From Escherichia coli 042 (lineage in GTDB: Bacteria; Pseudomonadota; Gammaproteobacteria; Enterobacterales; Enterobacteriaceae), in the NCBI RefSeq assembly GCF_000027125.1, contig NC_017626.1: DNA of 64,000 bases. One strand, written 5' to 3'. Under the pieces are notes generated by a model. The model saw nothing but the letters and a program-made list of their open reading frames with translations, did not search any database and had not been told where the DNA came from. Below, piece after piece: positions 10,860 through 21,057 of this stretch. Numbering within the stretch: the first letter of the stretch is position 1; each line of letters begins with the position of its first letter. The position numbers and the translations under genes are program-made.

Positions 10860-11975
10860 ATGAAAAAGCGGAAAACCGTGAAGAAGCGTTACGTTATTGC
10901 GCTGGTGATAGTCATCGCCGGGCTGATTACGTTATGGAGAATTCTTAACGCACCCGTGCCGACTTATCAGACGCTGATTGTGCGCCCCGGTGAATTACAG
11001 CAAAGCGTGCTGGCGACCGGAAAGCTGGACGCGCTGCGTAAGGTTGATGTGGGCGCGCAGGTCAGCGGTCAGTTGAAAACGCTGTCGGTGGCGATTGGCG
11101 ATAAAGTAAAAAAAGACCAGCTTTTAGGGGTTATTGATCCTGAACAGGCTGAAAACCAGATTAAGGAGGTGGAAGCAACGCTGATGGAGCTACGCGCGCA
11201 GCGGCAGCAGGCGGAAGCGGAGCTGAAACTGGCGCGGGTGACGTATTCCCGTCAGCAACGTCTTGCACAAACGCAAGCGGTTTCACAGCAGGATCTTGAT
11301 ACCGCCGCGACGGAGATGGCTGTGAAACAGGCGCAAATTGGCACCATTGACGCGCAAATCAAGCGCAATCAGGCCTCACTCGATACGGCTAAAACCAATC
11401 TCGATTACACCCGCATCGTTGCCCCGATGGCCGGGGAAGTCACGCAAATAACCACTCTGCAAGGCCAGACGGTGATTGCCGCACAACAAGCACCGAACAT
11501 TCTGACGCTGGCAGATATGAGCACCATGCTGGTAAAAGCGCAGGTTTCTGAAGCGGATGTAATCCACCTGAAGCCGGGGCAAAAAGCCTGGTTTACGGTG
11601 CTTGGCGATCCGCTGACGCGCTATGAGGGGCAAATCAAGGATGTGCTACCGACGCCGGAAAAGGTTAACGACGCTATTTTCTATTACGCCCGTTTTGAAG
11701 TCCCCAACCCCAATGGTTTGCTGCGGCTGGATATGACCGCGCAAGTGCATATTCAGCTCACCGATGTGAAAAATGTGCTGACGATCCCTCTGTCGGCGTT
11801 AGGCGATCCGGTTGGCGATAATCGTTATAAAGTCAAATTGTTGCGTAATGGTGAAACACGCGAGCGTGAAGTGACGATTGGCGCACGTAACGATACCGAT
11901 GTTGAGATTGTCAAAGGGTTGGAAGCGGGCGATGAAGTGGTGATTGGTGAGGCCAAACCAGGAGCTGCGCAATGA
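10860..11975 (+). CDS. macA: Macrolide efflux membrane-fusion (periplasmic adaptor) protein
   Basis: Start refined to [22 protein letters not shown]... (371 aa); coiled-coil region; overlaps macB start (ATGA). Confidence 0.9.
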   Translation: MKKRKTVKKRYVIALVIVIAGLITLWRILNAPVPTYQTLIVRPGELQQSVLATGKLDALRKVDVGAQVSGQLKTLSVAIGDKVKKDQLLGVIDPEQAENQIKEVEATLMELRAQRQQAEAELKLARVTYSRQQRLAQTQAVSQQDLDTAATEMAVKQAQIGTIDAQIKRNQASLDTAKTNLDYTRIVAPMAGEVTQITTLQGQTVIAAQQAPNILTLADMSTMLVKAQVSEADVIHLKPGQKAWFTVLGDPLTRYEGQIKDVLPTPEKVNDAIFYYARFEVPNPNGLLRLDMTAQVHIQLTDVKNVLTIPLSALGDPVGDNRYKVKLLRNGETREREVTIGARNDTDVEIVKGLEAGDEVVIGEAKPGAAQ

Positions 11976-13918
11976 CGCCCTTGCTCGAATTAAAGGATAT
12001 TCGTCGCAGCTATCCTGCCGGTGATGAGCAGGTTGAGGTGCTGAAGGGCATCACCCTCGATATTTATGCTGGTGAGATGGTGGCGATTGTCGGCGCTTCG
12101 GGTTCCGGTAAATCGACCCTGATGAATATTCTCGGCTGCCTGGATAAGGCCACCAGCGGCACCTATCGCGTAGCCGGTCAGGATGTTGCCACGCTGGACG
12201 CCGATGCGCTGGCGCAACTGCGTCGCGAACACTTCGGCTTTATTTTCCAGCGTTACCATTTGCTTTCGCATTTAACCGCCGAGCAGAACGTTGAAGTACC
12301 CGCCGTCTATGCCGGTCTTGAGCGGAAACAGCGGCTGCTTCGCGCCCAGGAGTTGCTGCAACGACTGGGGCTGGAAGACCGTACAGAGTATTATCCGGCA
12401 CAGCTTTCGGGTGGTCAGCAACAGCGCGTCAGCATCGCGCGGGCATTGATGAACGGCGGTCAGGTAATTCTTGCCGATGAACCGACCGGCGCACTGGACA
12501 GCCATTCTGGCGAAGAGGTGATGGCGATCCTGCATCAGCTGCGCGATCGCGGGCATACGGTGATTATCGTTACCCACGATCCGCAGGTTGCTGCTCAGGC
12601 CGAGCGGGTGATCGAAATTCGCGACGGCGAAATTGTGCGCAATCCTCCCGCCGTTGAAAAAGTGAATGCTACTGGCGGGACGGAACCTGTTGTCAACACT
12701 GCGTCTGGCTGGCGGCAGTTTGTCAGCGGTTTTAACGAGGCGCTGACGATGGCATGGCGGGCGCTGGCAGCGAATAAAATGCGTACTTTACTGACCATGC
12801 TGGGGATTATTATCGGTATTGCGTCGGTGGTTTCCATTGTCGTGGTGGGCGACGCCGCCAAACAAATGGTGCTGGCGGATATTCGTTCTATTGGTACGAA
12901 TACTATTGACGTCTACCCCGGGAAAGATTTTGGCGATGACGATCCGCAATATCAGCAGGCGCTGAAGTACGACGACTTAATCGCCATCCAAAAACAACCG
13001 TGGGTCGCCTCAGCCACACCTGCCGTCTCGCAAAACCTGCGCCTGCGTTATAACAATGTTGATGTGGCTGCCAGTGCCAATGGCGTGAGCGGCGATTATT
13101 TTAATGTCTATGGCATGACCTTCAGTGAAGGGAACACCTTTAATCAGGAGCAGCTGAACGGTCGTGCGCAGGTCGTGGTTCTCGACAGTAATACTCGCCG
13201 CCAGCTTTTCCCCCATAAAGCAGATGTGGTTGGCGAGGTGATTCTGGTCGGCAATATGCCCGCCAGAGTCATTGGTGTGGCGGAAGAAAAACAGTCGATG
13301 TTTGGTAGCAGTAAAGTGCTGCGTGTCTGGCTACCTTACAGCACGATGTCCGGGCGAGTTATGGGCCAGTCGTGGCTGAACTCCATTACTGTCAGGGTGA
13401 AAGAAGGATTTGACAGCGCCGAGGCGGAACAGCAACTCACGCGTTTACTTTCACTGCGCCACGGTAAGAAGGATTTCTTTACCTGGAACATGGACGGCGT
13501 CTTGAAAACCGTTGAAAAGACCACACGTACTTTACAACTGTTTCTGACGCTGGTGGCGGTGATTTCGCTAGTGGTGGGCGGTATTGGTGTAATGAATATT
13601 ATGCTGGTGTCAGTGACCGAGCGGACGCGGGAAATTGGCATTCGCATGGCTGTAGGTGCGCGAGCAAGTGATGTGTTGCAACAGTTCCTGATCGAAGCCG
13701 TGCTGGTTTGCCTGGTCGGTGGCGCGTTGGGAATAACACTGTCACTGTTAATTGCTTTCACCTTGCAGCTTTTCTTATCCGGCTGGGAGATTGGTTTTTC
13801 ACCGTTGGCGTTGCTGCTGGCGTTTCTCTGCTCGACGGTCACCGGGATTTTATTTGGCTGGTTACCCGCACGAAATGCGGCACGACTGGATCCAGTAGAT
13901 GCTCTGGCTCGAGAGTAA
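11972..13918 (+). CDS. macB: Macrolide ABC exporter, fused ATPase-permease
   Basis: 648 aa; Walker [10 protein letters not shown]; ABC signature LSGGQQQRV; C-terminal FtsX-like permease domain. Confidence 0.93.
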   Translation: MTPLLELKDIRRSYPAGDEQVEVLKGITLDIYAGEMVAIVGASGSGKSTLMNILGCLDKATSGTYRVAGQDVATLDADALAQLRREHFGFIFQRYHLLSHLTAEQNVEVPAVYAGLERKQRLLRAQELLQRLGLEDRTEYYPAQLSGGQQQRVSIARALMNGGQVILADEPTGALDSHSGEEVMAILHQLRDRGHTVIIVTHDPQVAAQAERVIEIRDGEIVRNPPAVEKVNATGGTEPVVNTASGWRQFVSGFNEALTMAWRALAANKMRTLLTMLGIIIGIASVVSIVVVGDAAKQMVLADIRSIGTNTIDVYPGKDFGDDDPQYQQALKYDDLIAIQKQPWVASATPAVSQNLRLRYNNVDVAASANGVSGDYFNVYGMTFSEGNTFNQEQLNGRAQVVVLDSNTRRQLFPHKADVVGEVILVGNMPARVIGVAEEKQSMFGSSKVLRVWLPYSTMSGRVMGQSWLNSITVRVKEGFDSAEAEQQLTRLLSLRHGKKDFFTWNMDGVLKTVEKTTRTLQLFLTLVAVISLVVGGIGVMNIMLVSVTERTREIGIRMAVGARASDVLQQFLIEAVLVCLVGGALGITLSLLIAFTLQLFLSGWEIGFSPLALLLAFLCSTVTGILFGWLPARNAARLDPVDALARE

Positions 13919-13928
13919 TTTTTGAGAT

Positions 13929-13959
13929 AAAAATGCCAGCCGATCGGGCTGGCATTTTG
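13929..13959. terminator. Bidirectional hairpin terminator between convergent macB and cspD
   Basis: aaaatgccagcc-gatcg-ggctggcatttt: perfect 7-bp GC stem flanked by A-run and T-run. Confidence 0.75.
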
Positions 13960-13990
13960 CCTTTAGGATGTACACAATGAGACAGAAGAG

Positions 13991-14215
13991 CTATGCGACT
14001 GCCGCTTCTACTTCGACGGGCACAATAACACTGGCGTGATTGCCTTTTGGCCCCTGGTGGACATCAAACTGAACGGATTGTCCAGCTTTTAGCGTTCTGT
14101 AACCATCCATCTGAATGGTGGAATAATGAGCGAAAATATCTTCGCCGCCGCCTTCAGGGCAGATGAAACCAAACCCTTTGGCATTGTTGAACCACTTAAC
14201 AGTACCCTTTTCCAT
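13991..14215 (-). CDS. cspD: Cold-shock-domain protein CspD (stationary-phase replication inhibitor)
   Basis: Start refined to MEKGTVKWFNNAKGFGFICPEGGGEDIFAHYSTIQMDGYRTLKAGQ...; 74 aa. Confidence 0.92.
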   Translation of the reverse strand: MEKGTVKWFNNAKGFGFICPEGGGEDIFAHYSTIQMDGYRTLKAGQSVQFDVHQGPKGNHASVIVPVEVEAAVA

Positions 14216-14537
14216 GCTTCGACATCCTTCGCAAATCTTATACAAGTAAGATGGAATAAACCGGGGTCAGAGAGGGGGCTGTTCAAAACCTCGCCAACTC
14301 TAGAAATACAATTTAGAGAATTAGGGCGAGCCGTCAAGCATTTGACAGGGGCCAGGGGGCAGGTATGAATCAAAAATTTGAAGCAGTTAACGCTATTGAC
14401 AGGAATGTGACAGATGTCGCTGATGCCAACGATAGATGATAGTTATCTATCATGTGGAGTAGATTGGTCAGGCAAATAAGCTCTTGTCAGCGGCAGGGTG
14501 TTCTGCCGATAACCGTAACCGAAGATGATAACTGACA

Positions 14538-14858
14538 ATGGGTAAAACGAACGACTGGCTGGACTTTGATCAACTGGCGGAAGAAAAAGTTCGCGACGCG
14601 CTAAAACCGCCATCTATGTATAAAGTGATATTAGTCAATGATGATTACACTCCGATGGAGTTTGTTATTGACGTGTTACAAAAATTCTTTTCTTATGATG
14701 TAGAACGTGCAACGCAATTGATGCTCGCTGTTCACTACCAGGGGAAGGCCATTTGCGGAGTCTTTACCGCCGAGGTTGCAGAAACCAAAGTGGCGATGGT
14801 GAACAAGTACGCGAGGGAGAATGAGCATCCATTGCTGTGTACGCTAGAAAAAGCCTGA
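14538..14858 (+). CDS. clpS: ClpA adaptor protein ClpS (N-end rule)
   Basis: 106 aa [47 protein letters not shown]... Confidence 0.94.
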
Positions 14859-14888
14859 ATGCAGGCATAAAAATTGGGGGAGGTGCCT

Positions 14889-17165
14889 ATGCTCAATCAA
14901 GAACTGGAACTCAGTTTAAATATGGCTTTCGCCAGAGCGCGCGAGCACCGTCATGAGTTTATGACCGTCGAGCACTTGTTACTGGCGCTGCTCAGTAACC
15001 CATCTGCCCGGGAGGCGCTGGAAGCGTGTTCTGTGGATTTGGTTGCGCTCCGTCAGGAACTGGAAGCCTTTATTGAACAAACCACACCCGTTCTGCCTGC
15101 CAGTGAAGAGGAGCGCGACACACAGCCGACGCTGAGTTTTCAGCGTGTACTGCAACGTGCGGTCTTCCATGTCCAGTCCTCCGGTCGCAATGAGGTTACC
15201 GGTGCAAACGTTCTGGTCGCTATCTTTAGCGAACAGGAGTCGCAGGCGGCATATCTGTTGCGTAAACATGAAGTCAGCCGTCTCGATGTGGTGAACTTTA
15301 TCTCTCATGGCACGCGTAAAGACGAGCCGACACAGTCTTCTGATCCTGGCAGCCAGCCAAACAGCGAAGAACAAGCTGGTGGGGAGGAACGTATGGAGAA
15401 TTTCACGACGAACCTGAATCAGCTTGCGCGCGTGGGCGGAATCGACCCACTGATTGGTCGTGAGAAGGAGCTGGAGCGTGCTATTCAGGTTCTCTGCCGT
15501 CGCCGTAAAAACAACCCGCTGCTGGTGGGGGAATCTGGTGTCGGTAAAACCGCGATTGCGGAAGGTCTTGCCTGGCGAATTGTTCAGGGCGATGTGCCGG
15601 AAGTGATGGCTGACTGTACGATTTACTCTCTCGATATCGGTTCTCTGTTAGCGGGCACAAAATATCGCGGCGACTTTGAAAAACGTTTTAAAGCGTTGCT
15701 CAAGCAGCTGGAGCAGGATACTAACAGCATCCTGTTTATTGATGAGATCCACACCATTATCGGTGCGGGTGCAGCCTCTGGTGGCCAGGTCGATGCGGCT
15801 AACCTGATCAAACCGCTGCTCTCCAGCGGTAAAATTCGCGTAATTGGTTCGACAACCTATCAGGAGTTCAGCAACATTTTCGAGAAAGACCGTGCTCTGG
15901 CGCGTCGCTTCCAGAAAATTGATATTACTGAACCGTCGATCGAAGAAACTGTTCAAATCATCAATGGCCTGAAACCGAAGTATGAAGCGCACCACGACGT
16001 GCGTTATACCGCAAAAGCGGTGCGTGCAGCGGTAGAGCTGGCGGTGAAATACATTAACGATCGTCATCTGCCGGATAAAGCCATTGACGTTATCGACGAA
16101 GCGGGCGCTCGCGCACGCCTGATGCCGGTAAGCAAACGCAAGAAAACCGTTAATGTGGCGGATATTGAGTCCGTGGTGGCCCGTATTGCGCGCATTCCAG
16201 AGAAGAGTGTTTCGCAGAGTGACCGCGATACCCTGAAAAACCTCGGCGATCGCCTGAAAATGCTGGTCTTCGGTCAGGATAAAGCCATTGAGGCGCTGAC
16301 TGAAGCCATTAAGATGGCGCGTGCAGGTTTAGGTCACGAACATAAACCGGTCGGTTCGTTCCTGTTTGCAGGCCCTACCGGGGTCGGGAAAACAGAGGTG
16401 ACGGTACAGCTTTCGAAAGCTTTGGGCATTGAGCTTCTGCGCTTTGATATGTCCGAGTATATGGAACGCCATACCGTCAGCCGTCTGATTGGTGCGCCTC
16501 CGGGATACGTTGGTTTTGATCAGGGCGGTTTGCTGACTGATGCGGTCATCAAGCATCCACATGCGGTGCTGCTGCTGGACGAAATCGAGAAAGCGCACCC
16601 GGACGTGTTCAATATTCTGTTGCAGGTGATGGACAACGGTACGCTGACCGATAACAACGGACGCAAAGCGGACTTCCGTAACGTGGTGCTGGTGATGACC
16701 ACCAACGCTGGGGTACGAGAAACTGAGCGTAAATCGATTGGTCTTATCCACCAGGATAACAGCACCGATGCGATGGAAGAGATCAAGAAGATCTTTACGC
16801 CGGAGTTTCGTAACCGTCTCGACAACATTATCTGGTTCGATCATCTCTCCACCGACGTGATCCATCAGGTGGTGGATAAATTCATCGTCGAGTTGCAGGT
16901 TCAGCTGGATCAGAAAGGTGTTTCTCTGGAAGTGAGCCAGGAAGCGCGTAACTGGCTGGCCGAGAAAGGTTACGACCGGGCAATGGGCGCACGTCCGATG
17001 GCGCGTGTCATCCAGGACAACCTGAAAAAACCGCTCGCCAACGAACTGCTGTTTGGTTCGCTGGTGGACGGCGGTCAGGTCACCGTCGCGCTGGATAAAG
17101 AGAAAAATGAGCTGACTTACGGATTCCAGAGTGCACAAAAGCACAAGGCGGAAGCAGCGCATTAA
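14889..17165 (+). CDS. clpA: ATP-dependent Clp protease ATPase/chaperone subunit ClpA
   Basis: Start refined to [24 protein letters not shown] (758 aa); two AAA+ modules (GESGVGKT and GPTGVGKT Walker A motifs). Confidence 0.96.
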   Translation: MLNQELELSLNMAFARAREHRHEFMTVEHLLLALLSNPSAREALEACSVDLVALRQELEAFIEQTTPVLPASEEERDTQPTLSFQRVLQRAVFHVQSSGRNEVTGANVLVAIFSEQESQAAYLLRKHEVSRLDVVNFISHGTRKDEPTQSSDPGSQPNSEEQAGGEERMENFTTNLNQLARVGGIDPLIGREKELERAIQVLCRRRKNNPLLVGESGVGKTAIAEGLAWRIVQGDVPEVMADCTIYSLDIGSLLAGTKYRGDFEKRFKALLKQLEQDTNSILFIDEIHTIIGAGAASGGQVDAANLIKPLLSSGKIRVIGSTTYQEFSNIFEKDRALARRFQKIDITEPSIEETVQIINGLKPKYEAHHDVRYTAKAVRAAVELAVKYINDRHLPDKAIDVIDEAGARARLMPVSKRKKTVNVADIESVVARIARIPEKSVSQSDRDTLKNLGDRLKMLVFGQDKAIEALTEAIKMARAGLGHEHKPVGSFLFAGPTGVGKTEVTVQLSKALGIELLRFDMSEYMERHTVSRLIGAPPGYVGFDQGGLLTDAVIKHPHAVLLLDEIEKAHPDVFNILLQVMDNGTLTDNNGRKADFRNVVLVMTTNAGVRETERKSIGLIHQDNSTDAMEEIKKIFTPEFRNRLDNIIWFDHLSTDVIHQVVDKFIVELQVQLDQKGVSLEVSQEARNWLAEKGYDRAMGARPMARVIQDNLKKPLANELLFGSLVDGGQVTVALDKEKNELTYGFQSAQKHKAEAAH

Positions 17166-17190
17166 TCTAATTGTTAGGTAGGTTGGTGAA

Positions 17191-17226
17191 GTCCGTAATC
17201 TCGAAAGAGGTTACGGACTTTTTGTT
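17191..17226 (+). terminator. Rho-independent terminator of clpA
   Basis: 8-bp stem gtccgtaa/ttacggac with 12-nt loop, followed by tttttgtttg. Confidence 0.75.
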
Positions 17227-17377
17227 TGTAGGCTGGGGCGGTGAAAACCCTATTTTTGGAGGTGAAGGTAAGTTGTTGATAATTAATGGTGCTGGAAGGT
17301 AAGAATAAAAAAGGGTGGCAGCAGGAAAATGAGATGATTTTGCTTTATTAACAACGAGCTAAACGTGTAGTATTTGA

Positions 17378-17525
17378 GTTCACTGCCGTACAGGCAGCTT
17401 AGAAAGGCAGAAGACAACAGCGCAAAATGGACATATCGTTCACTGCCGTACAGGCAGCTTAGAAATTCGTACTTAACGAACTGTTGCTCCTCTGCTGGTT
17501 CACTGTCGTACAGGCAGATAAAATG
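17378..17525 (+). CRISPR. Orphan type I-F CRISPR mini-array (3 repeats, 2 spacers), no adjacent cas genes
   Basis: 28-bp repeat GTTCACTGCCGTACAGGCAGCTTAGAAA at 17378-17405 and 17438-17465; degenerate terminal repeat GTTCACTGTCGTACAGGCAGATAAAATG at 17498-17525; 32-bp spacers GGCAGAAGACAACAGCGCAAAATGGACATATC and TTCGTACTTAACGAACTGTTGCTCCTCTGCTG; AT-rich putative leader upstream (about 17230-17377). Confidence 0.88.
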
Positions 17526-17584
17526 CGAAAAAAGCTCGTACTTTCGTACGCGCTTTTCTTTAAATATGACGGTGAGGGGGGATT
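17523..17584. repeat. Partial duplicate of the serW 3' end plus its terminator (att-like scar)
   Basis: 17523-17584 (atgcgaaaaaagctcgtactttcgtacgcgcttttctttaaatatgacggtgaggggggatt) is about 85% identical to 17700-17764, which carries the authentic serW terminator and 3' end. Confidence 0.7.
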
Positions 17585-17703
17585 GACTCGCTTCGCTCGC
17601 CCTGCGGGCAGCCCGCTCACTGCGTTCACGGTCTGTCCAACTGGCTATCGCCAGTTGTCGCCCCCCGGTAGGGGCTTCTCATCCCCCCTGGAGTGCAATA
17701 TGC

Positions 17704-17733
17704 GAAAAAAAAGCTCGCACTTTCGTACGAGCT
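17704..17733 (-). terminator. Rho-independent terminator of serW
   Basis: Minus strand reads agctcgtac-gaaa-gtgcgagct (GNRA tetraloop) followed by T8, immediately 3' of the tRNA. Confidence 0.85.
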
Positions 17734-17745
17734 CTTCTTTGAATA

Positions 17746-17833
17746 TGGCGGTGAGGGGGGGATTCGAACCCCCGATACGTTGCCGTATACACACTTTCCA
17801 GGCGTGCTCCTTCAGCCACTCGGACACCTCACC
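17746..17833 (-). tRNA. serW: tRNA-Ser (anticodon GGA), 88 nt with encoded CCA
   Basis: Reverse complement is GGTGAGGTGTCCGAGTGGCTGAAGGAGCACGCCTGGAAAGTGTGTATACGGCAACGTATCGGGGGTTCGAATCCCCCCCTCACCGCCA; long variable arm; class II tRNA. Confidence 0.96.
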
Positions 17834-18017
17834 AAATTGTTTTGCTGCCAAACCTCATGGGTGGCAACGGGGCGCTACTATAGGGAGTTGGAGTAAAACG
17901 GTCAAGAAGAATTTTAATGATAATTATTGTTTGCTCATACTGTAAACAAGTTGTGCAGTATATCTACATCGAGACAAGTTATGGACTTATACTTCCAAAG
18001 TACTTCATACATATCAC

Positions 18018-18044
18018 AAAATAAAAAGGCCGGTTAAACCGACC
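18018..18044 (-). terminator. Probable rho-independent terminator of infA
   Basis: Minus strand reads ggtcgg-tttaa-ccggcc (one G-U pair) followed by tttttatttt, 40-70 bp after the infA stop. Confidence 0.6.
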
Positions 18045-18086
18045 TTTTACTCGTTCTTTCTCTTCGCCCATCAGGCGGTAAAACAA

Positions 18087-18308
<222 letters not shown>

Positions 18309-18589
18309 ATCCTCTGGGGTATCACTACCGTAATTTGAACCGGCAAGATAATGCCGAAGTTCTGTAAATAAGTAAAGATTTGCGCGCTAAATCGCAACAA
18401 ACAGGTTCGGCACATTACTCCGAAAACACACGGCTAAGCCGCACCAAAAGCGCAACGTATAAGGGAGCGGTGAGATAAACGATGGGCGTTACCTGACGCG
18501 AAAAATTCCTTATCGGCAGCGGGGTAATGAGCGTAACCAACTCTGCGACCGCAATTATAACACTCTGGGGAGAAATGTGCCGAAAACAT

Positions 18590-19294
18590 TCATTCTTGTG
18601 GTGAAAACAAGCACCGTGGTACCCAGAAATTATTCGGCAATCGTCCGAGGCGCATTTGGTTGAGATAATTCAGATAATCCCGGCGGGGAATTTCGAAGGC
18701 ACCAAGCGACGCTGTGTGATCGTTAAGTACCTGGCAGTCGATAAGTTTACCGCCATGACCAAGAAATTCCTCACAGAATACCAGAAGCGCCGTTTTAGAC
18801 GCATTTTCCATCCGGCTGAACATGGACTCGCCACAAAATAGCGTTCCCTGGGCCACGCCGTACATACCGCCGACAAGCTCATCTTCACGCCAGACTTCAA
18901 TAGAGTGAGCATGACCGAGTTCGTGAAGGCGATGGTAGGCTTCGACCACGCCACGCGTGATCCAGGTTCCTTCTTCGCGATCGCTGGCACAGCCTTCAAT
19001 GACCTGACCAAAAGCGTAATTCATCGTGACTCGATAGGGCGAGCGTTTATGAAATCGCTTCATACTACGGCTGATATGCAGTGATTCTGGCCATAGCACC
19101 GCGCGGGGATCGGGCGACCACCAGAGGATGGGGTCGCCTGGAGAAAACCACGGAAAAATACCACGCTGGTAAGCCATTAACAGGCGCGCAGGGCTAAGAT
19201 CGCCCCCCAGTGCCAGCAGGCCGTTAGGCTCACGTAATGCGCCTTCCGGGGAAGGGAAGGCTATTGAATGGCGAGAAAGCTGAACCAGGCGCAT
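18590..19294 (-). CDS. aat: Leucyl/phenylalanyl-tRNA--protein transferase
   Basis: 234 aa [50 protein letters not shown]... Confidence 0.92.
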   Translation of the reverse strand: MRLVQLSRHSIAFPSPEGALREPNGLLALGGDLSPARLLMAYQRGIFPWFSPGDPILWWSPDPRAVLWPESLHISRSMKRFHKRSPYRVTMNYAFGQVIEGCASDREEGTWITRGVVEAYHRLHELGHAHSIEVWREDELVGGMYGVAQGTLFCGESMFSRMENASKTALLVFCEEFLGHGGKLIDCQVLNDHTASLGAFEIPRRDYLNYLNQMRLGRLPNNFWVPRCLFSPQE

Positions 19295-19335
19295 GACCGC
19301 AAAACTCCACGCAAGTCGGATCGTTCAATAATAGC

Positions 19336-21057
19336 TTACAAACCCTGCTTGAACTGGTAATAACGCCCCTGTCTGGCAAGCAGTTCTGCGTGAGTACCTT
19401 GCTCAATAATTTGCCCGTTGTCCATCACTATTATTTGTTGGAAACGAGAGAGTCCGCGAAGTCGATGGGTGACCATTAACACCGTTTTCTCATGCATCAT
19501 TTCTGCAAGCAATTCAAGGATCTGACTTTCGGTTGTGGCATCTAAGCCTTCTGTAGGTTCATCCAGCAATACCAGCGGCGCATCATGTAACAGCGCACGG
19601 GCGATAGCCAGACGGCGCAGTTCACCACCGGAGAGCTGGCGTCCGCCTTCACCCAACCAACTGTTGAGACCTGCATCCTCGAGCAGCTTCTCCAGACCAA
19701 CGCGACGCAAGATCTCCGCCAGAGCCTCATCACTACTGCCAGGTGAGGCGAGTAACAGATTATCACGCAGCGTGGCGCTAAACAGATGCACTCGCTGAGG
19801 AACAACGCTGATGGTCTGTCGTAGAGCCGCTTCATTCAGGCTGGCTATGGGGCTATCGTTAAGCAAAATCTTGCCTTGTTGCGGGTCCCATGCGCGGGTC
19901 AGCAGTTGTAACAGTGTTGATTTGCCGCATCCGGTTCGCCCGAGAATCGCTATATGTTCCCCGGCGTTTACCTGAAGAGAAATCCCTTTAAGTGCCTGTT
20001 GGGATTGCTCCGGATAAGTGAATTGAACATCCCGTAACGTCAGCGAAACGCGATCGGCAACACGAGTTTGGGTATCAGGGAAGGTGACTTCCGGTTTTTG
20101 ATCCGTTAAGTCAGTGATCCGAACGGCAGAGGCAATGACTTGCCCCAGATGCTGAAATGCACCCGTTACTGGTGCCAGTGCTTCAAACGCGGCTAACGCG
20201 CAGAAGACAAACAGGGCAATTAACGCGCCGGGTTGAGCATTGCCGCCAACGCCGCCAGACGCCATCCACAGCATCAGGATCACCGCTAACGCGCCAATGA
20301 GCAGCATTATCGCTTGCGACAATGCGGTGAGTTCAGATTGACGACGTTGCGCTTCCAGCCACTGAATTTCGGTATTCTCTAACTGCGTGCGATAACGATC
20401 GCTGGCACCAAAAATGGTCAGCTCAGCTTGCCCTTGCAGCCAGGCCGTCAGTTGTTGGCGATACTGCCCGCGAAGATGAGTCAGATTTTGCCCGGTGCTT
20501 TTTCCCGCACGATAAAACAGTGGTGGCATAAGGAAAAGCGTCAGTAACATAATGCCGCCCAGCGTAAAGGCGAGGGTGAAATCAAGGAAACTTAACCCGA
20601 TTGTCACCACCATAATCACCACAAAAGCGCCCACCAGCGGCGAGATAACGCGCAGGTAAAGATGATCGAGCGTATCAACATCCGCCACCACGCGGTTGAG
20701 CAATTCGCCCTGACGATAGCGCGCCAGTCCTGCAGGGGAGAGGGGCAGCAATTTGCTGAAGGTATAAATGCGCAGATGCTGCAACACGCGGAAAGTCGCG
20801 TCGTGACTTACCAGACGTTCAAAATAGCGCCCGGCAGTACGGGTGATTGCTGCACCACGCACGCCCGCAGCGGGTAGCATATAGTTGAAGCTGTACAGTC
20901 CGGCAACCCCCGCTACCGCTGAGGCCGAGAGGAACCAGCCGGAAAGTGTCAACAGACCGATACTGGCGAGCAGCGTGACAATTGCCAGCACAATACCAAG
21001 ACTTAACATCCATTTATGACGTTTATACAGTGCCAGATAGGGTAGCAAAGCGCGCAT
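19336..21057 (-). CDS. cydC: Cysteine/glutathione ABC exporter subunit CydC (needed for cytochrome bd assembly)
   Basis: 573 aa; N-terminal TMD plus C-terminal ABC ATPase (Walker A GRTGCGKST, signature LSGGELRRLAIARA). Confidence 0.93.
   Translation of the reverse strand: MRALLPYLALYKRHKWMLSLGIVLAIVTLLASIGLLTLSGWFLSASAVAGVAGLYSFNYMLPAAGVRGAAITRTAGRYFERLVSHDATFRVLQHLRIYTFSKLLPLSPAGLARYRQGELLNRVVADVDTLDHLYLRVISPLVGAFVVIMVVTIGLSFLDFTLAFTLGGIMLLTLFLMPPLFYRAGKSTGQNLTHLRGQYRQQLTAWLQGQAELTIFGASDRYRTQLENTEIQWLEAQRRQSELTALSQAIMLLIGALAVILMLWMASGGVGGNAQPGALIALFVFCALAAFEALAPVTGAFQHLGQVIASAVRITDLTDQKPEVTFPDTQTRVADRVSLTLRDVQFTYPEQSQQALKGISLQVNAGEHIAILGRTGCGKSTLLQLLTRAWDPQQGKILLNDSPIASLNEAALRQTISVVPQRVHLFSATLRDNLLLASPGSSDEALAEILRRVGLEKLLEDAGLNSWLGEGGRQLSGGELRRLAIARALLHDAPLVLLDEPTEGLDATTESQILELLAEMMHEKTVLMVTHRLRGLSRFQQIIVMDNGQIIEQGTHAELLARQGRYYQFKQGL

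Noticed and set aside
16329-17162. 277-aa reverse-strand ORF inside clpA, and the similar 131/139-aa ones
   Set aside because: Antisense to the strongly supported clpA frame; no start-site context. Shadow ORFs.
17374-17945. ORFs 17374-17586, 17484-17945, 17645-17851 and 17693-17896 across the clpA-infA gap
   Set aside because: They read through CRISPR repeats (SLPYRQLR repeated in the translation) and through the serW tRNA and its terminator. This interval is non-coding RNA, not protein-coding.
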